The notes beneath the pieces were generated by a model. It did no database searches. It saw only the letters and a program-made list of their open reading frames with translations, and had not been told where the DNA came from. A DNA stretch of 64,000 bases from a virus, in IMG/VR virus record IMGVR_UViG_3300049830_000142, positions 70,589-134,588 of that record, one strand, 5' to 3'. Within the stretch, counting starts at the first letter, position 1. Every line of letters begins with the position of its first letter. Below, piece by piece: positions 1-9,337 of this stretch. Position numbers and translations under genes: made by a program.

Positions 1-2
1 AC

Positions 3-83
3 ACAGCAACCACTGGTACTGCGTCATTCAAGCCGCAAACCAACGTCGCTGTTCTAGCCATCAAGTTGGCTTCAGGTAACTAA
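3..83 (+). CDS. 3' end of gene upstream of MCP (partial; head-module protein by position)
   Basis: Open frame 3 from window edge (..TATTGTASFKPQTNVAVLAIKLASGN*) ending 17 nt before MCP start; function from synteny only. Confidence 0.45.
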   Translation, partial: TATTGTASFKPQTNVAVLAIKLASGN

Positions 84-100
84 TCTATAAAGGAATAATT

Positions 101-1063
101 ATGTCACTAGAAAAAATCGCAGATATCAAGGTGTTCAATGATACCTTCGTAGATATGTTGGAAGGTGGTAACGAGAAGAAGGCTGCTCAATCAGCTCTAA
201 CTTTTACCCGCAACAAGCTACGTGAAAACTCATTCTCTGAGAAGATCCTAACTCCTATCGACATCGCTAACGATGAACTCGATAAGAGCGAGAATCCTGA
301 GCTCCATGTTAAGTGGTGCGACAGGGAACCAGATCAGCCGCCCGCAGTAACTGTGCCTTTGGGTAACGTTCCTGATGGCTACCAGTTCTCTGGTACGCGC
401 TATCCTGTGTACTTCTCACGTTTAATGAGCCCAGTATTCCAGAAGGACATCGACAAATTGCGTGGTTACGACTACGACATTCGCCAAATCCTCTTGGAGA
501 ACAGCACCAAAGACTTGGCTACCGAAGTCGATAGCAAGTTCTTGGAAAAAGTTAACCAGGTTCTCGGTGTTGCTAACACAGCTAACACCTTCACTGCAAC
601 CGGTCTTCCTAGCTACATCACCCTATCCGGTGGTCTAACTCGTACCAACATGGTAGAAGCTGTTAAGGCTTACCAGCGCCTACGCGTTCCGTTTGGTCCG
701 ATGCAGCCTGATGGTGGTGCAAGCAAGGGTATCATGCTCTTGAACAACGTAACCGCAGCTGACCTACTCAAACTAGAACGTAGCGAAGTCGGTGGTGACG
801 AAGCTCAGAGGGCTTACCTAGAAGGTACTACTCCAGCCACCGTGCTCGGTCTCAAGTCAATCTTGACCATCAAGCGCGAATTGGTACCGGATGGTACTAT
901 CTACTTCTTCTCTTCTGAGGAGTTCCTAGGTAAGTATTTCCGCCTACAGCCTTTGACTGTATTCATGGAAACTAAGGCGTTCTTCCTACAGTTCTTCCAG
1001 TACATGAACATAGGTATGAGCATCGGTAACCCTAAGGGTGCCTTCCGTGTAGACTTCAACTAA
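101..1063 (+). CDS. Major capsid protein (HK97-fold, large-phage type)
   Basis: 320 aa; AAGGA SD; followed by strong terminator; heads neck-sheath-tube synteny; sequence pattern recalled as typical of large-phage MCPs. Confidence 0.85.
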   Translation: MSLEKIADIKVFNDTFVDMLEGGNEKKAAQSALTFTRNKLRENSFSEKILTPIDIANDELDKSENPELHVKWCDREPDQPPAVTVPLGNVPDGYQFSGTRYPVYFSRLMSPVFQKDIDKLRGYDYDIRQILLENSTKDLATEVDSKFLEKVNQVLGVANTANTFTATGLPSYITLSGGLTRTNMVEAVKAYQRLRVPFGPMQPDGGASKGIMLLNNVTAADLLKLERSEVGGDEAQRAYLEGTTPATVLGLKSILTIKRELVPDGTIYFFSSEEFLGKYFRLQPLTVFMETKAFFLQFFQYMNIGMSIGNPKGAFRVDFN

Positions 1064-1081
1064 GCTACTAATCAGATTCAC

Positions 1082-1112
1082 AACCCTCGTAAGGAAACTT
1101 GCGAGGGTTTTT
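1082..1112 (+). terminator. Rho-independent terminator after MCP
   Basis: aaccctcgtaag-GAAA-cttgcgagggtt followed by T run. Confidence 0.85.
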
Positions 1113-1118
1113 AGTTTA

Positions 1119-1127
1119 TGGTAATAT
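1119..1127 (+). promoter_or_regulatory. Extended -10 (TGnTAATAT), 6 nt before ATG; probable leaderless promoter
   Basis: TGgTAATAT-tgatat-ATG(1134). Confidence 0.5.
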
Positions 1128-1133
1128 TGATAT

Positions 1134-1736
1134 ATGGCCAGAGGTGACTACAGGTACGCAGGAATATATATAATTACTAACTTAGTAAACAGCAAAGTTT
1201 ACGTAGGTAGTAGTATAAATATAGCTGATAGAATTCATTGTCATCAGTCTCACTTCCGATCAAAAATTCATCATAACAAGCATTTATTGGCGGCAGTAAT
1301 ACAATACGGTATAGAAAATTTTAGTTTTGAGTTGTGGGAAAAATGTGATGTTAAGATATTACAAACCCGAGAAGCTTACTGGATTTCCGCATTTAACGCA
1401 TCTGATAAAGAATTTGGATATAACAATAGTACTGATACTAATTGTCCAGCCAGAGGAAGAAAACAGCCTAAGGAGGAAATACAAAGACGATTGGACAACG
1501 GTATACTGAAAACAAGAAAATTTGTTGATTCCATAGGCAAAATATTTGAAACTAATAATACTAAGAATTTTGCAGCAAAACAAAACTTAAAGTATGAGTC
1601 ATTAACATCTGTAGCCAATGGTAATAGATACTCATACTTAGGTTGGAGAGTAGCAACTAATAATACTATAGGAATACCCTATAAGGATATAAGAATCGGT
1701 AAACCTAAATTTGGTCGTAAAATACCTACATTATAA
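1134..1736 (+). CDS. GIY-YIG homing endonuclease
   Basis: GIYIITN..VYVGSS..R motif, E..WI, NGYN-like segment; AT/Lys-rich. Confidence 0.9.
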   Translation: MARGDYRYAGIYIITNLVNSKVYVGSSINIADRIHCHQSHFRSKIHHNKHLLAAVIQYGIENFSFELWEKCDVKILQTREAYWISAFNASDKEFGYNNSTDTNCPARGRKQPKEEIQRRLDNGILKTRKFVDSIGKIFETNNTKNFAAKQNLKYESLTSVANGNRYSYLGWRVATNNTIGIPYKDIRIGKPKFGRKIPTL

Positions 1737-1739
1737 ATT

Positions 1740-2180
1740 ATGGCAGCCACAAAGCTTGATGAAACTTCGATAAGATTATTCCTCATGGACCGCAAGGAAC
1801 TTAATCCATTACTAAGAGGTGTACGCTGGGATTCGCCTGATATAGATGGTGCTATAGCTCGTTGCTGTGACTACTTTAACGAGACACCGCCATTCGTTGT
1901 CTCATACAATCCAATCAATTTTCCTTACAGATACACTCTATTGTTAGGAGTAGCAGGCCATCTATTGAAGAGCGCAAGTATTAATGAAGCCAGCAATCAA
2001 CTAGACTATGCTGCGGATGGCATCACTATTCAAGACAAGAACAAGGCTGAGATCTTCGCTAAACTAGGAGGCCTTATGTGGGACGAATTCAAAGAAAAGG
2101 TTCAAGCTATCAAAATCGCTGCAAATGTTGGTATGGCTTTTGGTACTGAGTTTAGTGAACTAATCTATGTCGCACACTAA
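1740..2180 (+). CDS. Putative head-tail adaptor (neck) protein
   Basis: 146 aa helical protein in canonical position after MCP. Confidence 0.55.
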   Translation: MAATKLDETSIRLFLMDRKELNPLLRGVRWDSPDIDGAIARCCDYFNETPPFVVSYNPINFPYRYTLLLGVAGHLLKSASINEASNQLDYAADGITIQDKNKAEIFAKLGGLMWDEFKEKVQAIKIAANVGMAFGTEFSELIYVAH

Positions 2181-2424
2181 TGCCAAAGATATTCTTAATG
2201 AACGCTTTGCACTTAACCTAAAGAAATGGGTTAACCAGCGAAAGATTAAGAGTGAATTGGCAGGTCTAGATTTGTTTAATAAAGACAAAGCTGTAAACGT
2301 TATTCTCCAAGTCGTAAAGGAAAACCCTAGATGGTTCTATCACGAAAAGTCTGACAACAAATCTAATTGGGAGATAGCATACGAGTATTTCAAAAGGTTA
2401 GGATCATATGTCCACAAACGTTAA
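2167..2424 (+). CDS. Hypothetical protein
   Basis: 85 aa ORF overlapping both neighbours. Confidence 0.5.
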   Translation: MSHTNAKDILNERFALNLKKWVNQRKIKSELAGLDLFNKDKAVNVILQVVKENPRWFYHEKSDNKSNWEIAYEYFKRLGSYVHKR

Positions 2425-3214
2425 TCCATTTAAGAACATCCAGATTTCATTGACTCGTAAAGAAGTCATTGTTCAGTATTCTATTGATCCAGCTTTTCCA
2501 GGTAGAGCTCCTTTCAAATATGAGTTACTAGCCTTTGAAGATGAAACGTTCGACAAGATCATCTATACCATTCCTAGCTCCACGTTCTATGTAGTTGACG
2601 ATACGAACCAGAGGCAGAACGCAGAGCCTAGCTACTTCTACAAACTTAGATTGACTGACAAAAACAACGTTCAGTATCTTAGTAATTTCTTTGGCTGGCA
2701 TCCTTCTGACAGCATTACTCAGCATCACTATTTGATCGCATCTGAGATTAGTAGAAGAGAGCGAATTAGGTTTAACTATGCCGGACTATTCGCCTACATC
2801 TTAAAACGCAAAGACTATTCTGCAGCTCAAGCTTGTGAAGTGGATGACATTACTGGTGAACCTATAACAGATGGCACCGATACGTATGGCGTCGGAACTT
2901 TAGGAGGTTACTACGCACCAGTCTTAACTAGGCTAAGTATTGAGAATAGAGATTCTAAGCAAGACTATGACGAGAATGGTAGAGGTACGCAGAATACGGA
3001 AGTCGTCACTGCTCGAAGTGCTGGGTTCCCTTTCATAGACCAGCACGATCTCATAGTTACACCTGATGGCAAGCGATTCACTGTCACCAACCCTAACAGC
3101 AAATACTTCCCAGGCACTACACTAATCATTTTACAGATGGCGGAGTTTAGGTTAATACCGGTAACCGACACGACCTATAACATCCCGGTTCCACCATTCC
3201 CTATCAATGAGTAA
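2408..3214 (+). CDS. Putative head-closure/neck protein
   Basis: Position between adaptor and tail terminator; C-terminal beta-rich D.I.....KRF.V segment. Confidence 0.5.
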   Translation: MSTNVNPFKNIQISLTRKEVIVQYSIDPAFPGRAPFKYELLAFEDETFDKIIYTIPSSTFYVVDDTNQRQNAEPSYFYKLRLTDKNNVQYLSNFFGWHPSDSITQHHYLIASEISRRERIRFNYAGLFAYILKRKDYSAAQACEVDDITGEPITDGTDTYGVGTLGGYYAPVLTRLSIENRDSKQDYDENGRGTQNTEVVTARSAGFPFIDQHDLIVTPDGKRFTVTNPNSKYFPGTTLIILQMAEFRLIPVTDTTYNIPVPPFPINE

Positions 3215-3857
3215 CATAATCGAAAAGTGTGATGAAGATGACTGCAAGATTGTTCTAAGCAATTATACGGTGCCTAGGATAGTTTACCAGATCCTCAAAC
3301 TTTACATGATGAATAACAAGCCTGAGGATGTAGGTGTGATCCTAAAACAAAAGTTCGATCCCGACCAAACTAAATCAGACATCTTGCTAGACATCGGCTT
3401 TAACTGGAAGAGTCAGGTTATGGGTAAGGTTCCTGCAATCTTCGTACAAAGGGAAGACGCTACTTACAAGACTCCTACATTTGGTGAAGGTGTAGCAACT
3501 GATCAACAGACTGGTCGAGATACTAGGGTAGCAATTGTATCGTTGCCCGTCATAATAACTTGTGTAGCCGCTGAACCTGTAGCTGTCGTAGAACAGTTAG
3601 CGGAGTACATGAAGCAACCTTTGCTTTACTTTAGGAGAGAAATTCAGGTAGACTATGGTATAAGATCTTTCATTCTAGAGAAGGTGACAGCTCCTAAACT
3701 GTTGCCTGAAGGAAAGAACAACTTTTACGTGAATTTACAAGTGAACGTCGACTATAACGATGGCTGGACTATAAGCAGAAACAGCCTGAAGTTAAAAAGA
3801 ATCGACTTAACTTTGTTCGATCAACTAAACACCTTCCTTCAAGAGGTTAGAGTGTAA
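3207..3857 (+). CDS. Putative tail terminator/completion protein
   Basis: Immediately upstream of sheath; size typical of the role. Confidence 0.5.
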   Translation: MSNIIEKCDEDDCKIVLSNYTVPRIVYQILKLYMMNNKPEDVGVILKQKFDPDQTKSDILLDIGFNWKSQVMGKVPAIFVQREDATYKTPTFGEGVATDQQTGRDTRVAIVSLPVIITCVAAEPVAVVEQLAEYMKQPLLYFRREIQVDYGIRSFILEKVTAPKLLPEGKNNFYVNLQVNVDYNDGWTISRNSLKLKRIDLTLFDQLNTFLQEVRV

Positions 3858-3875
3858 ACTATGATAAAAAAACAG

Positions 3876-3904
3876 TTGCCTAAGAACAAATAACACAGTA
3901 ATAT
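3876..3904 (+). promoter_or_regulatory. Sigma70-like promoter for sheath operon
   Basis: TTGCCT-17-TAATAT in AT-rich gap; AGGAG SD at 3936-3940. Confidence 0.45.
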
Positions 3905-3952
3905 AATAATAACGACAGCGAATAACACATTCAACTAGGAGACAAATAATTT

Positions 3953-5362
3953 ATGGCATACTACGTACCATCACTGCTAATCAACCAGGAATTCACACAA
4001 ATTCCTACGTTTACGCAGAGCCCGCTTTCAGCTTTGATCATTGGTCCCATTTTTACAATTAATGGTGTCAATACGATTACTGTAGGCGCAGGCGGAACAG
4101 GTTACACTTCAGCACCTACTGTAGTCATCACTGACACAACTGGTCATGGTGCTACCGCAACAGCTTCTGTTACTTCAGGCGCTGTAACAACGATCACAGT
4201 CAACAACAAAGGTTTCAACTATACTAACCCTACGATTACTTTTGTAGGTGCAGGTACTGGTGCAACTGCAACTGCTGCACTATCAACTACTCGCTCTTCA
4301 ACGGTATTTACTGAAAATTCAATTACCACAGCAATCGGTGCAGTAAATAGTCATGCAGATATTTTGACACAGCTCGGTGATATCGCTCCAGGAAATCCAT
4401 TGGCATACGCATGCTATATGGCACTCCTCAATTCTAACAACACTACCGTATACTACGGTGCTGTTGGTACTAACGACTTGTCCGGTTACACGACTGTACT
4501 AAGCAATCTCGCAACTAAGAGCAACAACTACTACGGTATCGTTCCTCTCAGCACTGACTCAACAATCACAGCAGCGGTCATTGGTCACGTAAATGCAATG
4601 AGCGCAGCTTCAGCAGCTAAATGGAGAACTTGCTGGTTGACTGCCTCACTATCTGGTTCAGGTAGTATTCAATCTCAGGTAGATGCTCTAGCAGCTTCTA
4701 TCACAACTGTAAACAGTGCACAGACTGTAATCAGCAGCGCAAATGGGAACACTGGCCCTCGTCGTATCCATTACGTATTCCCTGACACATTCTATGTCGA
4801 TCCAACTACTTCAGTAGCTGGTTATTTCCTATCTGCTGCACTAGCCGGTCTTCGTAGCGGATCTGTTCCTCATCAGAGCTTGACTAACACTCAAGTCATT
4901 GGACCTTATTATCTAGACAAATGTGTAACTACTTTGACATCCACTCAGTTGGATACGCTAGCTGCCGCTGGTACATGGATCGTTACCCAGAATGCAAAGG
5001 GTGGCGTCGCTTATACTCGTCAACAGCTAACCGCTGACAACTCTGGCAACCTTAACTTCGCTGAAGACAGCGTCGTAGCTAACGTAGACAGCATTAGCTA
5101 TGGTTTGCAAGCCGCTCTCGCACCTTTCGTAGGTGTATACAACATTACTCCAGCCTCTGTTCTCAAGATCAAGGCTGCTGTCGATGCTGAACTAAATTAT
5201 CGTCTAACTAGCACTTACACTGAACGTGCAGGTAACCAGTTGAATGGTTACACTATCGTAAAAGTTGTGCAGAATGCGACGATTCTGGACCAGGTTGACG
5301 TTGTAGTTCAACTACAAGTCCCATATCCAGCTAACTTTATCACAATTACGTTGAGCATCTAA
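3953..5362 (+). CDS. Contractile tail sheath protein with Ig-like insertion
   Basis: 469 aa; sheath C-terminal signature (..VDVVVQLQVPYPANFITITL); followed by tube; GGTGYTSAPTV insertion near N-terminus. Confidence 0.85.
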   Translation: MAYYVPSLLINQEFTQIPTFTQSPLSALIIGPIFTINGVNTITVGAGGTGYTSAPTVVITDTTGHGATATASVTSGAVTTITVNNKGFNYTNPTITFVGAGTGATATAALSTTRSSTVFTENSITTAIGAVNSHADILTQLGDIAPGNPLAYACYMALLNSNNTTVYYGAVGTNDLSGYTTVLSNLATKSNNYYGIVPLSTDSTITAAVIGHVNAMSAASAAKWRTCWLTASLSGSGSIQSQVDALAASITTVNSAQTVISSANGNTGPRRIHYVFPDTFYVDPTTSVAGYFLSAALAGLRSGSVPHQSLTNTQVIGPYYLDKCVTTLTSTQLDTLAAAGTWIVTQNAKGGVAYTRQQLTADNSGNLNFAEDSVVANVDSISYGLQAALAPFVGVYNITPASVLKIKAAVDAELNYRLTSTYTERAGNQLNGYTIVKVVQNATILDQVDVVVQLQVPYPANFITITLSI

Positions 5363-5562
5363 TGCGAATTATAGTAGCGGGAGGATTGAAAAAGCCAATC
5401 CTCCTAGATACAACTGAGGCTACAGCATTACTAATTTCAGATGAGGAAGGAAGACCAAACGTGATCTTCAAACTCCTCGAAAATGGAACAGGCTGGATTC
5501 GTTATACTAAGGGTGAAGACGCAAACTTCGCCGAAGTAGCGAGAGACTTAGGACTTATTTAA
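5362..5562 (+). CDS. Hypothetical protein between sheath and tube
   Basis: 66 aa, TAATG overlap with sheath. Confidence 0.6.
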   Translation: MRIIVAGGLKKPILLDTTEATALLISDEEGRPNVIFKLLENGTGWIRYTKGEDANFAEVARDLGLI

Positions 5563-5576
5563 CAACAATATAACAT

Positions 5577-6050
5577 ATGGCAAATCAAGATATTTTCGGT
5601 AAACCGAATTTTAAGCAAGTATACCCTGTAACAGCAGATCAAGTTCAAATTATTTGGGCTGGTGTCTCAGTTATGCAGGCTACTAACGTGCAGATTCAGT
5701 ACCAACAGAACGTCACCCGCAGGTACACACTATCTAGCCCTCAGAACCAAGCAGCAATCATCCCAGGACGTCCTATTGGTACGCTCACTATGGGACGCTT
5801 GTTTGTTACTGCGGAACAAGATCTATTCAAACTACCTGGTTGGAACGTCTGTCAACCGCCTGCTACACTTTGGATTAAGTGCGCGGCAGCTAACACCGGA
5901 AGTTGCACTACAGTATCACCTGTAGAGTACACTCTCTATGGTGCTTATGCGACAGGCTATTCATTCTCAGCTAATGCAGATGACTTGCAGGTTATCGACA
6001 ACATCACTGTAGAGTTCCTACAGATGAATGCTTCCGGTTTCACGTCCTAA
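5577..6050 (+). CDS. Tail tube protein
   Basis: 157 aa beta-rich protein after sheath, followed by terminator. Confidence 0.75.
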   Translation: MANQDIFGKPNFKQVYPVTADQVQIIWAGVSVMQATNVQIQYQQNVTRRYTLSSPQNQAAIIPGRPIGTLTMGRLFVTAEQDLFKLPGWNVCQPPATLWIKCAAANTGSCTTVSPVEYTLYGAYATGYSFSANADDLQVIDNITVEFLQMNASGFTS

Positions 6051-6079
6051 GTTATAAAGTCCTAGCTCTAAGTTTGCGC

Positions 6080-6118
6080 TTAGCCCTGTCTAAAAACGAT
6101 TAGACAGGGCTAATTTTT
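6080..6118 (+). terminator. Rho-independent terminator after tube
   Basis: ttagccctgtctaa-aaacga-ttagacagggctaa + TTTTT. Confidence 0.9.
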
Positions 6119-6119
6119 C

Positions 6120-6128
6120 TGATATACT
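6120..6128 (+). promoter_or_regulatory. Extended -10 (TGnTATACT), 6 nt before ATG; probable leaderless promoter
   Basis: TGaTATACT-aactcc-ATG(6135). Confidence 0.55.
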
Positions 6129-6134
6129 AACTCC

Positions 6135-8471
6135 ATGCCACAAGGACAACAAGAAGCAGGTAAGAACTACGCGCCCTATGTTAACAGTGACTTGTTCATA
6201 GGCACTGTAACTAGCTGTGACCCGGCAACGCATTGTGTAGTTGTATCTCCTGACGGTGAATCTGGACTACTCCATTATCAAGCCCACTGTTTAGCCAGCA
6301 CTTATTCTAGTGCTTTAGGTTTCGTAGAATCAATTTTGCCTGGCGTAGGTACTAGAGTACTATGCTTTGGTAGAGGTGACAGCACGGCAGTAATCGGTGC
6401 ATTTCCTAACCATGAAGCGCATGGAACGTTATCTGCCGCAGCGTTAGCGAACAAAACAGTATTAGCTTCATCAGAACCTATTAACGACTCTGTACATAGT
6501 TTTGGTTATGCCTCACACATCACTAAAGCGGCTGTACATAACAACAATCTTCCAACCGACACTATACAGGGTGAAAAAGTTATAGCCAACGAATTTGGTG
6601 TAATGATGGGGTTGTTCAAACTCTTTGCTACACTAAGAGCATCTGAACTCTCTCAAGTACAATGTCATTTTTTAGATGACTTAGTACGTATCATTAGTCA
6701 TAACTTCCAGCACTATACAGCATTAGGGGAACTGAAAGTATTTCACGATGGCAAAGGCATACATTTGGAAGTCGGGGCAACACATAGCCCTGATGAAAGT
6801 ATGGGTAATGCACAAGATCCAAGCATTATTCAAATCGGTAAAGAAACTGATACGGACTATCAAAGGTTCTATAAGTTAAACGATTCTCAAGCAAACATGC
6901 TTGAGCGTATGAAACTCTTCGTAGGTAAACTCGGAGATTTTATTAACCTGCTCATAGTCAAGCCAGCTAACGTATCACATGCGTTTAATGGTAACGTACC
7001 TACACAACCTGACACTGGTCTTCTACAAGTCAAAGCTAGCTTAGACGGTACATTAGTTATACGAAGTGCTAACGGTATCTATTTGGAAAAGACTGACTGG
7101 ATCAGAGTACCGACTAGGATTAGGACAGCCGAAGATCCAAACGGTGATGATGGTGCTACACTAGGCTATACTGAGAAGACTGACTACACTTTTGACGAGA
7201 CTTACGTAACGGCTGATGCAGCTTATAACGATACTGCATTTCTCTATTACTTGCAGCTTAGGGATTACTTAGCCTACATAAACGAAGAGATCGGTTACAG
7301 TAATTTCAAGAAGCATGAAAAGGATTTCTACGTAAACGATGACATAGCTAAGGAAGCTGACTTAGCTAACATGACTTTTGTTGATCCTTTGACTGGTAGT
7401 ACATTTAAGAAAAACAAAAGTTGGATAGCATTGATGAAGAACGGTGGTGTTAGTTTAGCTGATGCTTGGGGAAGTTCTATCAATATGGAGGGTGGTAACA
7501 TTTACATCCAACCAGCCAAAGATCTCATAGTTCAGCCTAATCGTAACCTCATAGCTAAGGTAGGCAAGAACGTTAGTATTGCAGCACAGAACGAACTAGA
7601 CTTGAGCAGCACATCTGGAGGTCTAAGAGTCAAAACTAATCTAAGCCAGTATTTCTACAGTGATAAGAGCGGTATCGTATTGCATGCTAATGGTCCAGAC
7701 CTTTCAGAAAATACTTATCCTTATCCTGACAGTGATGCAATAGCTGGTGTAGCAGGTGTAGTGTTTAACGCACCTAAATCATCTGTTAGTGCCTATGGTC
7801 AGCAAGTTAATCTGCAAGCCAAGTTTCAATTAGTAGAACAAGCCGCTGAGATCATTAGTCATAGTACATCCAGGACTCGTATACTAAGCGATCAACAGGC
7901 ACTAGTTTCCGCTCCTTTTGCGGGGGTCTTCGCTAAGCAAGAGCTGACTATCTTTAGTGATGGCGGTTGCATAGCCATGGGTCTAGGCAGCACTACCGTA
8001 GGCTTAGAAGGACAAGTTACAGGTATTGTGAACTTTATGGGAGGACAGATTCCTGTAAACGGATACATCAAGTCCTCAGACCAATTTATTACCGACATTA
8101 AGAAAACAGAAAAAGATGTCAACGATTTCAAGCCTGCTGAAGTTCTGCAAGTATTTCAGAGCAAGGACGATTTCAATTTACTTCAATTTAAGTTCCTTCC
8201 TACTTCATTATACAACCTCGAAGACTCGGACGTTATCCCACAAACCCTATCACAACAGAACGACACAAAGATGAACGGATTGTTGCAGAAATGGGTTGAA
8301 ACTCCGATCAATGATTCATATCCTTATCCAGGCAGTGACAAAGCAGAGTCTTATGTTACCGCAGAGAGCAAGAACGTTTCTGACATGACCTTGGCTAACA
8401 AAGCCGTGGATCTGTTGAATAACTCAACACTAGCTGTCAAAAACGTGTTCTCGGATTACAAGTCATACTAA
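6135..8471 (+). CDS. Putative baseplate hub/central spike (gp5/VgrG-like)
   Basis: N-terminal OB-fold-like GTV..D...V.V..LPGVGTRV segment then beta-repeat region; position in tail module. Confidence 0.55.
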   Translation: MPQGQQEAGKNYAPYVNSDLFIGTVTSCDPATHCVVVSPDGESGLLHYQAHCLASTYSSALGFVESILPGVGTRVLCFGRGDSTAVIGAFPNHEAHGTLSAAALANKTVLASSEPINDSVHSFGYASHITKAAVHNNNLPTDTIQGEKVIANEFGVMMGLFKLFATLRASELSQVQCHFLDDLVRIISHNFQHYTALGELKVFHDGKGIHLEVGATHSPDESMGNAQDPSIIQIGKETDTDYQRFYKLNDSQANMLERMKLFVGKLGDFINLLIVKPANVSHAFNGNVPTQPDTGLLQVKASLDGTLVIRSANGIYLEKTDWIRVPTRIRTAEDPNGDDGATLGYTEKTDYTFDETYVTADAAYNDTAFLYYLQLRDYLAYINEEIGYSNFKKHEKDFYVNDDIAKEADLANMTFVDPLTGSTFKKNKSWIALMKNGGVSLADAWGSSINMEGGNIYIQPAKDLIVQPNRNLIAKVGKNVSIAAQNELDLSSTSGGLRVKTNLSQYFYSDKSGIVLHANGPDLSENTYPYPDSDAIAGVAGVVFNAPKSSVSAYGQQVNLQAKFQLVEQAAEIISHSTSRTRILSDQQALVSAPFAGVFAKQELTIFSDGGCIAMGLGSTTVGLEGQVTGIVNFMGGQIPVNGYIKSSDQFITDIKKTEKDVNDFKPAEVLQVFQSKDDFNLLQFKFLPTSLYNLEDSDVIPQTLSQQNDTKMNGLLQKWVETPINDSYPYPGSDKAESYVTAESKNVSDMTLANKAVDLLNNSTLAVKNVFSDYKSY

Positions 8472-8472
8472 T

Positions 8473-8973
8473 ATGGAAGAAACTAAAGTAGAACAGACAG
8501 TCGTTGATCCTCTTAAAGAGGTCAAGGCTAAGTTAACGGACGCGGAGAAGGAATCCTTCTTCAAAGCATTTTTAGCAGATGCACCTTATGAAGCTGAGGA
8601 ATCTCTCTTCAACGGTAAGCTCATCGTCAAGTTTAAGACGCTAAGCGTAGGTGAAAATAACTTGGTGATGCAGCAGTTACAGTTTGATAGAGACAACGGT
8701 ACAGCTAAGAATAGTGATGCCTATCTTATTCAAGTCATCCAATATAGGATAGCGGCTAGCATGACACATTTCGACAAGCAACCGTTCGCTATTGAGATCA
8801 ACGAAGAAACAAGTCCTACCGACGTAAAGGCTGGACAGACTTATCTTATCAAGAGATTGGAAGTAATGAAGGAATGGCCTACATTTAAGGTCAGCTCTTT
8901 GACAGATGCTTTCAACAGGTTTGAGAAGAAGGTCAGGGCTTTGACAGAGGAGAGCTTCAAAGAAAATTTTTAA
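8473..8973 (+). CDS. Tail assembly chaperone (gpG-like)
   Basis: Upstream of tape measure; ends in slippery A AAT TTT TAA. Confidence 0.75.
   Translation: MEETKVEQTVVDPLKEVKAKLTDAEKESFFKAFLADAPYEAEESLFNGKLIVKFKTLSVGENNLVMQQLQFDRDNGTAKNSDAYLIQVIQYRIAASMTHFDKQPFAIEINEETSPTDVKAGQTYLIKRLEVMKEWPTFKVSSLTDAFNRFEKKVRALTEESFKENF
8964..8970 (+). promoter_or_regulatory. Programmed -1 ribosomal frameshift site A AAT TTT
   Basis: X XXY YYZ heptamer; -1 frame open (KFLTGRRVNALTRGY) into ATG 9009. Confidence 0.8.
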
Positions 8974-9008
8974 CGGGCCGCCGTGTTAACGCCCTTACTA
9001 GAGGGTAC

Positions 9009-9335
9009 ATGAGCGGCAAGTTGACCTTCCAATACCCTAGGCCACTAAGTAAGCTTAGGGAAGAATTCCTAGTCACTTACCTAGACAACCAAGTGGTGGC
9101 AGACCTCAGGAAAACTGAGGCATTGCTAACCGCTCATCTCATTCCTTTGCCTATTAAAGGCAAGAACATAGGTAAAGAGGTATATGAGATATTCAAGACT
9201 TATACCGAAATACTTTTGCCAATTGCCAAAAAACAAGCTAAAATTGATAATATAAGCAAAGATGACTTGAAGGCTATTAGCGCAAACCTCCGTCAACTCA
9301 CAAAAAGTCTTAAAAAGAAGAAGCCCACTAAATAA
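9009..9335 (+). CDS. Tail assembly chaperone C-terminal part (gpT-like), fused by -1 frameshift
   Basis: In -1 frame of 8473-8973; directly precedes tape measure. Confidence 0.7.
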   Translation: MSGKLTFQYPRPLSKLREEFLVTYLDNQVVADLRKTEALLTAHLIPLPIKGKNIGKEVYEIFKTYTEILLPIAKKQAKIDNISKDDLKAISANLRQLTKSLKKKKPTK

Positions 9336-9337
9336 CC

